64,000 nucleotides of DNA from Eledone cirrhosa (GCA_964016885.1 OZ024741.1:44268001-44332000), one strand, 5' to 3'; shown: positions 1-13,129, counted from the first letter of the stretch. Notes: generated from the sequence alone by a model not told the origin. Numbers and translations are program-made.

Positions 1-273
1 AAGTCTCCCTCTCTCTGTGTTGTCTGACAGCGCTCTCTATCTTTTTTGCGTTATTCATGTTGAAATTTTTCAAAAAATAATTTTACACAAATACGAAAAC
101 GACACCCCGTAAAGGGGTGCCGTATTATTTACTAGTGAACCCCTGTATTAGGTGAGTCACTTCTTCTAAACTTTTATCAAATTTAAAACTTGAATAAAAG
201 GTTTAGAACGGTTGAAAAAGAGGTAAAACGTTGAAAAAGACTGGAGGCGATAAGAAGCGTGGCTTCACCAACC

Positions 274-308
<35 letters not shown>

Positions 309-842
309 GAAGAAGAAGAAGTTATATAGAGGAATAATCGACCATATTAAAGTAGTACTGTATTTTTTAATCTCTTCAATTTGGCAGGTGAAGCTGGCCT
401 CAGCGAATTCTAACTTAAAGTGCAGAAAGCCGGAACAAATATCAAAAGATCTAAAGGCTCTGCTAATTTGTCGCCTATTTAAATGATACAGAATTCGAAT
501 ATGACCACCGTCACTTGTTGATAAATAAATCCCAAACTGATTTTAATACAGAAATAGGTCAACTCCTTTAACAAATAAACATACAGTGAAAGAAGCGGAA
601 TAAGGAATTACGGTATTGAAACGTTTCTACTGCAGAACATTTATTGAAAATTTACTTTTTCTTTATGTTCCCATAAATAATTTATGGTGGGTCTTCCTAT
701 ATGAAACAGCTGAACGTCAACAAGACATTTACAAATATTAAGGATATTGTATCATGTACTTGTTCACAGGAGAGCAGTAAAAATGCAGGTACTTAAGATA
801 GGGAATGTAATGTTATCTGCAACATTAATAATGATTTTTCTT

Positions 843-1187
<345 letters not shown>

Positions 1188-2526
1188 TATATATATATAT
1201 ATATATATATAAACGGAAAAAATGAAACGAAATTTCATTTCCCACTCTTAGTACGGCTGTTACTTAAATATAAGTATGCACACGTACATACATATATGTA
1301 TACAGACTTACAGTAGTATGTATATATATACATACATGCACATATATATATATATATGTACGTATGGATTCACCGAACATTTATTATAATGCTCGGTGTG
1401 TTTGTAAACAAACATCGCGTGTTAAGCCGTAGTGTCCAGCAACCACCGTTGCTCGTTTGTTCAACACTGACAACGGAACGCTGTACTAGTTTCAAGCTAT
1501 ATATATATATATATATTGGAAAATGTGTGTAATCCTTGGTACAGTTAGGTATATTAAGACAGGGGTGAAGAAAAAAATGGCTTCACTTGTGCTTTCAACA
1601 AATTTATTTCCTTCACAAAATCCAAAATTATTTTTTTATTTTTTTAATTCCTCCGGATTAGAAAAAACATTTTTTTTTTTAATTTTTATAAATTGAGTCG
1701 TTGGTTGTTGGTTAGGTCTTAGGAGTTCTTGGTTAACGTAGGAGGTATTGTTTCGTTTTTAGAAAGACCTTTCACGCTGATGTGCGCTTGTCAAACTGAT
1801 GTGTATGTGGTGTGTTGTTATATATATAGGGATTTAACATGTCTGTGGTGCAGTGTGTTTTTTCTCCCCCTTTAATAAGTGTAGGGGTGTAGGTGTGTTG
1901 AAAACATGTTAATAGCAGTAATGAGTTGAGACAGTGAGTAGGGTTGGGTGGGGAGAAATGTAGCATGCGCGGCCTGCCACGGTCATTCTCGAAAAATTCC
2001 TTTATTCAGGGGAAAAAGCTTTTAGTATTCCTTTGTATCGAAAATGGTCATAGGCAAACTGCACCTGCCAAGCTTGTAAACAATTATTTTCTTCTGAAGA
2101 ATTTTTCTACGTCCATCCCAAAATTAGTGCTTTGTTTAACACACACATATGTGCGTATATACGTACATACACACACGGGCATAGGTAGAAATATATAGGC
2201 ACACACCATCAATCACACACCCATGTACATATACATCCACATACATACACAAACACATATAAAGACATATAAAAACACATATAAACATACGTACACACAC
2301 GAATATGTACACATACCTCCACGTGGGTATATATATATATATACATACACATACATATATACACACACACATAAAGATACATAACTAAATATACATATAT
2401 ACACATACACACACAGACACACACACGTGTACACACACACATATACAAATGTCCGTATATATACATCCGTTCACACATACATGCATACGCACACACACAT
2501 ACACACATATATATATATAGAGGCAT

Positions 2527-2574
<48 letters not shown>

Positions 2575-2576
<2 letters not shown>

Positions 2577-4110
2577 ATAATAATGAGTTCAAATCTCAGG
2601 CTATCATTTACAATGAAATAGCTCGAAGAAAGAGTATTTCTGAGCCGTGTAATATAGGTTAATATAAATCAATATATTTGATAAACATAAATATCCTCAT
2701 ATTTATGTTTGTATTGTAAATGACCAAGTTAGCTAGATAGAAATATACTAGTATTAATATTACAGTTTGCCTATCACGACTTAAGATAATACATCACAAA
2801 TCAGCAAAAACAAATTGTATTGGCAATGGCCGTAGTGCTCGGACAAATTTAAATTTCAAAATCAAACCTGTTCCGTAGACAGGTTTAAACCTTAAAATAC
2901 AATTATGTTTCGAATAATGAAAAAGTGAAAGAAAATACCGTATTTTGATCTCCTCAGCAAGCACTATAAAAATTGGTATGTTCCACTTCAAAATATTTAG
3001 GAAGACTGTTTAGCGCACGAGGAAACCTCATGCTGTTATCCAGTGTCTAGCTATCCACATACTCGTGCTGCTAGAAATAACAGCCGTTTGTATGGGGCTA
3101 AATTCAGCTCAACGAAGGAGCAGTGAAAAATCAATAATAATGAGTTCAAATATCAGGCGATCATTTACAATGAAATAGCTCGAAGAAAGAGTATTTCTGA
3201 GCCGTGTAATATAGGTTAATATAAATCAATATATTTGATAAACATAAATATCCTCATATTTATGTTTGTATTGTAAATGACCAAGTTAGCTAGATAGAAA
3301 TATACTAATAATAATATTACAGTTTGCCTATCACGACTTAAGATAATACATCATAAATCAGCAAAAACAAATTGTATTGGCAATGGCCGTAGTGCTTGGA
3401 CAAATTTAAATAAATTTATGATGTATTATCTTAAGTCATGATAGGCAAACTGTAATATTATTATTAGTATATTTCTATCTAGCTAACTTGGTCATTTACA
3501 ATACAAACATAAATATGAGGATATTTATGTTTATCAAATATATTGATTTATATTAACCTGTATTACACGGCTCAGAAATACTCTTTCTTCGAGCTATTTC
3601 ATTGTAAATGATCGCCTGAGATTTGAACGCATATTATTGATTTTTCACTGCTCCTTCGTTGAGCTGAATTTAGCCCCATACAAACGGCTGTTATTTCTAG
3701 CAGCACGAGTATGTGGATAGCTAGACACTGGATAACCGCATGAGGTTATCTCGTGCGCTAAACAGTCTTCCTAAATATTTTGAAGTGGAACATACCAATT
3801 TTTATAGTGCTTGCTGAGGAGATCAAAATGCGGTATTTTCTTCCACTTTTTCATTATTCGAAACATATTTGGATTTTAAGGTTTAAACCTGTCTACGGAA
3901 CAGGTTTGATTTTGAAATTTAAATTTGTCCAAGCACTACGGCCATTGCCTATACAATTTGTTTTTGTTGATTTGTGATGTATTATCTTAAGTCATGATAG
4001 GCAAACTGTAATATTATTATTAGTATATTTCTATCTAGCTAACTTGGTCATTTACAATACAAACATAAATATGAGGATATTTATGTTTATCAAATATATT
4101 GATTTATATT

Positions 4111-4112
<2 letters not shown>
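2575..4112. repeat. 557-bp non-coding monomer in a head-to-head array (~1.5 units, then ~1.25 inverted units) bounded by (TA)n
   Basis: tgagccgtgtaat recurs at 2641 and 3198 (period 557); inversion junction at ~3411-3413; mirrored 65-aa ORFs at 2794-2991(-) and 3780-3977(+). Confidence 0.9.
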
Positions 4113-4156
<44 letters not shown>

Positions 4157-4293
4157 AACACATACAGACACATACACACATATACATATATACACACACA
4201 TATATATATCTATCTATATACATATATATATATATACACATACACATACACATACAAACACATACATACACACATACATACATACACATACAT

Positions 4294-4374
<81 letters not shown>

Positions 4375-4429
4375 CATATACATATATATATTCATGTGTA
4401 CACATAAGAAGAGTGGGTGTTTAGTGAAA

Positions 4430-4520
4430 TGGAATTTTACCTCCGAGTGTTAATTCATTTTTTTGTGTTCAGTAGTGGTTTAAATTTTTCAATGAAGAAT
4501 TCTTCTTTATATCTGCGGAA
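4430..4520 (-). mobile_element. PLE GIY-YIG C-terminal remnant
   Basis: Minus strand reads IKEEFFIEKFKPLLNTK, similar to the PLE ends at 20200 (KEKLFNKFKPKIN) and 50780 (KESYFINKYGPRLN). Confidence 0.5.
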
Positions 4521-4532
4521 ATGTTGGTTATC

Positions 4533-4848
4533 CGTTGACGTCGTGTGTATGTTGTGGGTTCGTCTTAGGGAGAAATGTTAAATTAAAATACGGGAATACA
4601 GGAAAATTCCACTGAGCGAACACATTGATATCTGTGCCGCCCAAAATCATTCCAACTTCAGAATCTTTCCCTCTACAAATTTAAAGATAATGCCACCCAC
4701 ACCCAGCGCATCAGCAAGGAATCTTACTTCATTAACAAATATGGACCCCGTCTAAACACCTCTCACCTACATCAGCACATATCTCTACCCACATATAAAC
4801 ACAATGACATACGCAAACACACATGCTCTATGGTGCAACACAAAAAAA

Positions 4849-4880
<32 letters not shown>

Positions 4881-4885
4881 GTGAA

Positions 4886-4937
<52 letters not shown>

Positions 4938-4938
4938 A

Positions 4939-4984
<46 letters not shown>

Positions 4985-5791
4985 ATATCATTTCACACCT
5001 TTTATTGTTAAGATTTTTGATGTTCTATTAAGAGAACCGATTTTACTGAAAAAATCGAATAATGTACACCATTTTACCAGGGGGAAAAATATACTGGTCC
5101 ACCCACACACACACACACACACATTCTCACACACATACACACACATACACACGCGTGCATTAACATACAAAGAGCCTTATACACACACACACACACACAC
5201 TTAGCTTAATAGCCATTTGACACACATCCCTGCTAACCATTATCACAAAATCGAACACCTTTCTACTACTAGTACTACACACACACACACACATACATAT
5301 TTGTTGTGAAAGAGTCATTTCTCAGTCATGGGGCAAAATCAATTTTTTATTCACATGACCTCTACCGACCAATCAAAATTGTTTTGACCACAATAATTTT
5401 AGCAAACAACAAGTAGCGCTGGAGCCACTTTTTAACATAAAAACAGTCTTGGCGCAAAATCAATTTTTTATATTCACATGACCTCTACCGACCAATCAAA
5501 ATTGTTTTGACCACAAGAATTTTTGCAACACCAAAGTAGCGCTGGAGCCACTTTTTTAACATAAAAAGAGGTAGAATTCCCCAAACTAATCAGATCAGAG
5601 CAAACAGCACGGACACTCTATCTCAAAATTATTTTTGAAAAGCATTTAGAAATGCGCAACCGGTAAATACTTAAAAACTTAAAACCACAACTGAATACTA
5701 ACCCATACAATCACTAATACTCTTTTATTCCTAATTAAACCATTTTTCAACTGTGAACAATTTGTCAGCATTTTCTATTCCGTTTACCAAT
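4533..5791 (+). mobile_element. PLE 3' end (GIY-YIG C-terminus plus microsatellite-rich 3' UTR/pLTR, family A), preceded by a short inverted piece
   Basis: RKIPLSEHIDICAAQ..NFRIFPLYKF..RISKESYFINKYGPRLN; colinear with 50690-52041; 4533-4578 is the reverse complement of 50817-50858; ends ccgtttaccaa(TA)n. Confidence 0.8.
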
Positions 5792-5798
5792 ATATATG

Positions 5799-5928
<130 letters not shown>

Positions 5929-6022
5929 CATATATGAAACATTGTGAGATATACAATAAAGTATCAGGAGAGCTGTGAACACGGATAGAAAACATAAAGA
6001 AGAAAGTAGAGTAGAACAACAC

Positions 6023-6212
6023 AATAATTGGTTCTACTTTAGGCACAGGGCCAGCAATTTTGGTGTGAAGAAAAGTCGATTAAATCGATCCCAGTGAGTT
6101 ACTGGCGCTTTATTTTATCGATCCCATAAGAATGAAAGGTAAAGCTAACATTGGCGGGATTTGAACTCAGAACGCAAAGCATGGTATCTGACACTACCAA
6201 TCCTCCACCCTA
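6023..6212 (-). mobile_element. tRNA-derived SINE (octopus-type; core tttgcctttcatcc..gggtcgataaa)
   Basis: B-box-like gagttcaaatccc on the minus strand; several homologous copies in the window. Confidence 0.75.
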
Positions 6213-6516
6213 CATTGCCAATAGGTTATTCTTGTGTTCCACTATGACAATAAAATTCCGAATGACAATAAAATGTCATCGATTGTGTCAAGCTGAAACC
6301 AATATGAACAGTTCTCAAAGATAGTCATCACCACTGCAATCATATATTGAATGTTTGATCTAAAATGAAAGATTTGCACTCTCGTATTGGTTGGAATTAC
6401 CAGGAAGGTTCCTCGTCATTTCACCGTTTATACATCTCAGTACTTGCATTTTTCCTTATCTATGTATCTCTCGCTTCCTCACTCTCTCGAAAAAAAATCT
6501 TCTAACAATCAATAAA

Positions 6517-6578
<62 letters not shown>

Positions 6579-7207
6579 GTAAAAAGAATATCTAATTGTT
6601 GTATTATATCAAATGCTAAACTAAGTGATATTTACTTGATATCAATATAATAATATTTCAACTCTATTCAGTACTGATCCAACAAATCTTATATCCGATA
6701 CATGTCAAACCTTTAGCTTTGAAAATGATACTAGATTAAATTCTGAGTAGTTGGGAAATGTTGCTACAGTAACGTTCCATAGTGAAATAACACATTATAA
6801 GCATCAATATTTGTGGGTAAATTAAGACAGACACACTGATGCACCAGGGATTGATAGTCAACATTAATTTCCTTTTCAGCGAAATATTGTTCCCTTAGAT
6901 TTTCCGTAGATTACTCCTTCGGACATCTCTTCACTACCAAGGCAGAAAACAAACGGCTTTATTACAATGATTTTCCTAACGTTTACAAAAACATCAATGG
7001 TGCCGAGTGCAATTTTCTAAATTAATTTCCAGATTTCTTTTTAGGATATCAGGTCAATAAGAATGAGTTTCTGAAAGCAATCAATGCAATTATCTGTTTC
7101 ACATGTGTCACATGAAAACGACACAATAAGATAATTATGAGCAAATTATATATAAATATAAATAATAAATGCACACATGCACGCACACATATATCTATAT
7201 ATATATC

Positions 7208-7210
<3 letters not shown>

Positions 7211-7299
<89 letters not shown>

Positions 7300-7316
7300 T
7301 CTCTCTCTCTCTGTCT
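7211..7316. repeat. (CT)n microsatellite
   Basis: Direct reading. Confidence 0.95.
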
Positions 7317-7327
7317 ATATATATATA

Positions 7328-7500
7328 TTGTTATACTTGGAGAGAATCATATTGTTGTAATATTGCCAGAAATAATAACAGAACACACTCACTGTTTTGT
7401 TGGGTTTGGCTTCTGTATCTTTTATATCCCCATAGTAAATTTATTTAGCTATCAATCTTTATCATCGATTGACCAGCGGTTAAAAATACAGATATAATTA
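7328..7500 (-). mobile_element. Solo terminus (pLTR fragment) of PLE family B
   Basis: tgttatacttgg..gtaatattgccagaa..aacagaacacac matches 57350-57530 and 62768-62938. Confidence 0.8.
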
Positions 7501-7803
7501 TATATATATAAAAACAAATAACGAAACGAAATTAAATTTCGTTTCGTTTGTAACTCACTTTTGTATGACTGACGCTTAAACAATTAAGTTAAAGATGTAC
7601 ATCCATATATGTATACTGAAATACTAGTATGTATATGAATACACACACGTATACATATGTAGATGTACCAAGTTTTTTCACTGGTCACATTACTGTGAGT
7701 GGCCAGCTATTCTGTATGTAAACACACAGACAAACCGGTTTTTAGAGTCATACTGGTTTTTGAGGAAACACCTTTCCTCTATTCTCCAGAAAGCCAGACA
7801 AGG

Positions 7804-7848
7804 AATATTGAACTAGTTTCGTTGTTGTTACAACTCATCAGCAATATT
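7804..7848 (-). ncRNA. Minimal type I hammerhead motif (further copies at 8271-8315, 8738-8782, 9205-9249)
   Basis: Reverse complement of aatattg-CTGATGA-gttg(taacaa)caac-GAAA-ctag-TT-caatatt. Confidence 0.85.
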
Positions 7849-9724
7849 TACCTATCTTCCGGCCTTTCTAGAGAATCGTAAAAGCACATATCGTTATATG
7901 CTTTTTCTATGAAAATTAGTAGTGGGCAGACTAATTTGCATAGAGTGTGAGTAAGTACCGGTTCAACGGAGACGATAAAAACAAATAACGAAACGAAATT
8001 AAATTTCGTTTCGTTTGTAACTCACTTTTGTATGACTGACGCTTAAACAATTAAGTTAAAGATGTACATCCATATATGTATACTGAAATACTAGTATGTA
8101 TATGAATACACACACGTATACATATGTAGATGTACCAAGTTTTTTCACTGGTCACTTTACTGTGAGTGGCCAGCTATTCTGTATGTAAACACACAGACAA
8201 ACCGGTTTTTAGAGTCATACTGGTTTTTGAGGAAACACCTTTCCTCTATTCTCCAGAAAGCCAGACAAGGAATATTGAACTAGTTTCGTTGTTGTTACAA
8301 CTCATCAGCAATATTTACCTATCTTCCGGCCTTTCTAGAGAATCGTAAAAGCACATATCGTTATATGCTTTTTCTATGAAAATTAGTAGTGGGCAGACTA
8401 ATTTGCATAGAGTGTGAGTAAGTACCGGTTCAACGGAGACGATAAAAACAAATAACGAAACGAAATTAAATTTCGTTTCGTTTGTAACTCACTTTTGTAT
8501 GACTGACGCTTAAACAATTAAGTTAAAGATGTACATCCATATATGTATACTGAAATACTAGTATGTATATGAATACACACACGTATACATATGTAGATGT
8601 ACCAAGTTTTTTCACTGGTCACTTTACTGTGAGTGGCCAGCTATTCTGTATGTAAACACACAGACAAACCGGTTTTTAGAGTCATACTGGTTTTTGAGGA
8701 AACACCTTTCCTCTATTCTCCAGAAAGCCAGACAAGGAATATTGAACTAGTTTCGTTGTTGTTACAACTCATCAGCAATATTTACCTATCTTCCGGCCTT
8801 TCTAGAGAATCGTAAAAGCACATATCGTTATATGCTTTTTCTATGAAAATTAGTAGTGGGCAGACTAATTTGCATAGAGTGTGAGTAAGTACCGGTTCAA
8901 CGGAGACGATAAAAACAAATAACGAAACGAAATTAAATTTCGTTTCGTTTGTAACTCACTTTTGTATGACTGACGCTTAAACAATTAAGTTAAAGATGTA
9001 CATCCATATATGTATACTGAAATACTAGTATGTATATGAATACACACACGTATACATATGTAGATGTACCAAGTTTTTTCACTGGTCACTTTACTGTGAG
9101 TGGCCAGCTATTCTGTATGTAAACACACAGACAAACCGGTTTTTAGAGTCATACTGGTTTTTGAGGAAACACCTTTCCTCTATTCTCCAGAAAGCCAGAC
9201 AAGGAATATTGAACTAGTTTCGTTGTTGTTACAACTCATCAGCAATATTTACCTATCTTCCGGCCTTTCTAGAGAATCGTAAAAGCACATATCGTTATAT
9301 GCTTTTTCTATGAAAATTAGTAGTGGGCAGACTAATTTGCATAGAGTGTGAGTAAGTACCGGTTCAACGGAGACGATAAAAACAAATAACGAAACGAAAT
9401 TAAATTTCGTTTCGTTTGTAACCAGTGAAAAAACTTGGTACATCTACATATGTATACGTGTGTGTATTCATATACATACTAGTATTTCAGTATACATATA
9501 TGGATGTACATCTTTAACTTAATTGTTTAAGCGTCAGTCATACAAAAGTGAGTTACAAACGAAACGAAATTTAATTTCGTTTCGTTATTTGTTTTTATCG
9601 TCTCCGTTGAACCGGTACTTACTCACACTCTATGCAAATTAGTCTGCCCACTACTAATTTTCATAGAAAAAGCATATAACGATATGTGCTTTTACGATTC
9701 TCTAGAAAGGCCGGAAGATAGGTA

Positions 9725-9769
9725 AATATTGCTGATGAGTTGTAACAACAACGAAACTAGTTCAATATT
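9725..9769 (+). ncRNA. Minimal type I hammerhead motif (second copy at 10192-10236)
   Basis: 7-bp stem I aatattg/caatatt, core CTGATGA...GAAA, 4-bp stem II, palindromic stem III aactagtt, GUU cleavage triplet. Confidence 0.88.
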
Positions 9770-10452
9770 CCTTGTCTGGCTTTCTGGAGAATAGAGGAAA
9801 GGTGTTTCCTCAAAAACCAGTATGACTCTAAAAACCGGTTTGTCTGTGTGTTTACATACAGAATAGCTGGCCACTCACAGTAAAGTGACCAGTGAAAAAA
9901 CTTGGTACATCTACATATGTATACGTGTGTGTATTCATATACATACTAGTATTTCAGTATACATATATGGATGTACATCTTTAACTTAATTGTTTAAGCG
10001 TCAGTCATACAAAAGTGAGTTACAAACGAAACGAAATTTAATTTCGTTTCGTTATTTGTTTTTATCGTCTCCGTTGAACCGGTACTTACTCACACTCTAT
10101 GCAAATTAGTCTGCCCACTACTAATTTTCATAGAAAAAGCATATAACGATATGTGCTTTTACGATTCTCTAGAAAGGCCGGAAGATAGGTAAATATTGCT
10201 GATGAGTTGTAACAACAACGAAACTAGTTCAATATTCCTTGTCTGGCTTTCTGGAGAATAGAGGAAAGGTGTTTCCTCAAAAACCAGTATGACTCTAAAA
10301 ACCGGTTTGTCTGTGTGTTTACATACAGAATAGCTGGCCACTCACAGTAAAGTGACCAGTGAAAAAACTTGGTACATCTACATATGTATACGTGTGTGTA
10401 TTCATATACATACTAGTATTTCAGTATACATATATGGATGTACATCTTTAAC

Positions 10453-10523
<71 letters not shown>

Positions 10524-10698
10524 TAGATATAGATAGGTAAATATACACGGGTGTGTATGATTGTGTATAGAAGATTATATTAATAAGAGGAATTCCAACT
10601 TTGTCTGATTTACTCGTTTAATTTACAATCCTTTAAAATATATATAATGGTATTATAATGAAATAGTATGATAGAATATTAAATTCTAAGTGTTAATT

Positions 10699-10735
10699 GA
10701 ACAAGTACTGTCATGCTTTCGCAATCTTCAGGTTC
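10699..10735 (-). ncRNA. Candidate hammerhead with almost no stem II
   Basis: Minus strand: gaac-CTGAAGA-ttgc-GAAA-gcatgacagtac-TT-gttc. Confidence 0.45.
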
Positions 10736-10792
10736 ATGATATGTGGTCACAGTCGAGTTTGCAATTTTCAACTATATATATATATATATATA

Positions 10793-12318
10793 TATTTATT
10801 AAAATAACAGATTAAAGTTTAAGCAAAGAATCGCTGCTTTCACCCTTAACGGGATCTTCTGAAACTAACAAAGTCAATCTGTAAACGCAGAACTGGATAT
10901 TTCAAAAAACGTTGCAGCCGGAGGAAGACAGGAAGACGATACTTTGGTTCCTGGAAACGTTCGCTGGCAAAGAACGGGAAAAAACGAAGATAATACGTCA
11001 TTAATAGGAGCGGTGAAAAACAATTATGCGCAAAGACAGAACCACGTTTATGGTATAAAAGAGCTCGTAGACTAATGTTCTCTTAGGTGGTGCATAGAGA
11101 CGTTCTCTGGCAATGAACGAAAAAACGAAGATAATACGTCAAATGTGGAGCGTGGAGAACAATAGCACGCAAATACAAAACCACGTAAATGGTATAGCAG
11201 AAGTCGTAGACTAAAATTCTAACAAGGAGACCAAATGAAACACCGCTACAGAGTTAAGAACAAAGTAAATAAATGCAATACAGAAGTAATAGAAATAAAT
11301 AAATACATACACGCAAACAAATACGTACATACACGAGCATACGCAAAAACTACCATAGGTATACATAACCCCGCACACAAATAAATAAATTATTATATAA
11401 ACGTATATAAATAAATAAATACGTATATAACAAGCGCACACACATACCTTCATATAAACACACGAATGTTCGGAGACGTAAGTCAACCAAAACATGAAGT
11501 ACACATATACACACACCCGCCATACGTACGAACCTGCATACTCACACAGACGCAAAACTCCCGTATACACATAGCTAAACCATATGTACCAGAATATATA
11601 AAATTATACGCCATACCAATCAAATATGCGTACGAGAAGGTATACGTACCTTCACAAAACATACGGGTAATATATACTTACCTATGCAAATAAGTAAAGG
11701 TATAAACAAAACATATACTTAGCTCCCACATCAAGACGTAAAATATCCACGTATAGATCGTACTATCCGTTAGGGTATAACGTGGGGCTGTAATACAGGA
11801 AAGTTTTGTGCAATTTATGTTTACAAGGCGAAATTGCCTCAGATTTTTTGTTTAAGATGTGGTCTGTGGCGTAGAGTATTTCCAGGGGCTCAGCGGCGCA
11901 GAGGTCACATGGTCTTTTATTTCCGTTATACGATCTAGCCCTAGCTAGGATCTCCCAGTGTAACTTATATTGGGTGTGGTTGTCTTTTAGACTCCAGATA
12001 TAAGCTGAAAGTGACGTTATATTCCTTCTTAGAGGGTAACGAAAAGAATGGGTATGCATGTAAAGAAGCTGCTTGAAACTATTGGCGGTTAACCCTATGT
12101 AGGCCCTAAGGGACGTGGGTGTTACAACCTTACATTTGTAGACAATGTTACTAGAGAGGCATTTCCCGGATAGGGGGCAATCATCCCGATTCCTGCAATT
12201 ACAGTTAGTACTAACTACAAGGTTGCACGTGTTTCTACGGCTAGGTAGTTTAGCTATATATTTATCCTTATCGAGCCCTCTTTGGATTTTAGTCTTCAAA
12301 TTTATTATTATTACTATA
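10793..12318 (-). mobile_element. 5'-truncated PLE (family C): GIY-YIG plus 3' UTR on the minus strand, capped by a short opposite-orientation tail (12256-12318)
   Basis: CNCR..CPLSGKCL..IVYKC..YIGLTANSFK..CDLC..E..LN..E..S.CKH; termini match 22590-22750 and 49163-49327. Confidence 0.85.
11763..12255 (-). pseudogene. PLE GIY-YIG endonuclease domain (truncated)
   Basis: IVY...YIG motif with Cys/His clusters; homologous to 59390-59823. Confidence 0.85.
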
Positions 12319-12330
12319 TATATATATATA

Positions 12331-12460
12331 TAGTCTATCAAAGTTCTTTCGTTCCATATCTGCAACATCATCCGTGGTACTATTATGTTTCCTCCTGTTG
12401 TATTGTATGTCTACGCCATTTTCCTTTTAATTTTATTTTAATCAATGGCAATATTACAAC
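12331..12460 (-). mobile_element. Family B fragment with a degenerate hammerhead (CGGATGA core)
   Basis: Matches 62948-63060 and the reverse complement of 58580-58675. Confidence 0.65.
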
Positions 12461-12532
12461 AATATGACCCTTTTCAAGTATAAAAATATTTGTTTCGACG
12501 CACGGTTGCAGATCATAAGCCTTGCAAAACAA

Positions 12533-12656
<124 letters not shown>

Positions 12657-13034
12657 CATAGATCATGTTTTTAGAATTATTAGATAAAATATATACCATT
12701 TCCTCTCCCAATTAGCATAATTAACCATATAAAAAATCAATTAGACCAAGCTATAAGAATAAAGGCTCCTATGAAGAAATGTCCGACAAATAACCGAAAG
12801 CGGCCTCTTCGCGGTGGTCCCGATAGAGTATTTATCTAACATTTCAACAGCATGTAGAAATTGACTAAATATACCGTCAACCATACACAATTAGGTGTAA
12901 ATTCAAACTTAGAAGAAATGTGTACATAACGTAATATATCTCTACCATGGTTTCGTCCGTATTGTTAGACTCCAATAACAGTTAGATTGAGATACAATTA
13001 GGCGATATTGGGCTGCACTTTCTAGCAACATGCC

Positions 13035-13110
13035 TTCTTCTTCTTCTTCTTCTTCTTCTTCTTCTTCTTCTTCTTCTTCTTCTTCTTCTTCTTCTTCTCC
13101 TTCTTCTTTT
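13035..13110. repeat. (TTC)n microsatellite
   Basis: Direct reading. Confidence 0.95.
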
Positions 13111-13129
13111 TCGTTTGACTCTCCGATCT

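Larger units (their letters stand above)
7510..10458. mobile_element. 467-bp hammerhead-containing monomer (retrozyme-like): ~4.1 tandem units, then ~2.2 inverted units, between (TA)n tracts
   Basis: Identical ORF stubs at 7699/8166/8633/9100 (+) and 9874/10341 (-) give period 467; inversion at ~9421; one hammerhead motif per unit. Confidence 0.92.

Noticed and set aside
100-148. Possible Tc1-like terminus (gaacccctg|TA)
   Set aside because: No partner TIR or transposase within the window
361-486. Possible host exon after ttggcag
   Set aside because: Short, no recognisable protein, no partner exons
2136-2621. Many ORFs rich in YI/CV/HT/LS (also at 4099, 5731, 21053, 47756 and elsewhere)
   Set aside because: Translations of (TA)n, (CA)n and (CT)n microsatellites
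6876-7026. ~50-codon open stretch after a polypyrimidine-AG
   Set aside because: Compatible with chance; no homology I can recognise
7699-7881. Repeated 60-aa ORF in the 467-bp unit
   Set aside because: GTG start, antisense to the ribozyme strand, start lost at the second locus, no recognisable motif
7510-10458. CRISPR-like array
   Set aside because: Units are fully identical with no unique spacers; eukaryotic context
10828-10865. Hammerhead-like CAGAAGA..GAAA in the family C terminus (also 22589-22620)
   Set aside because: Core deviates at U4 and no stem I/III or NUH site can be formed
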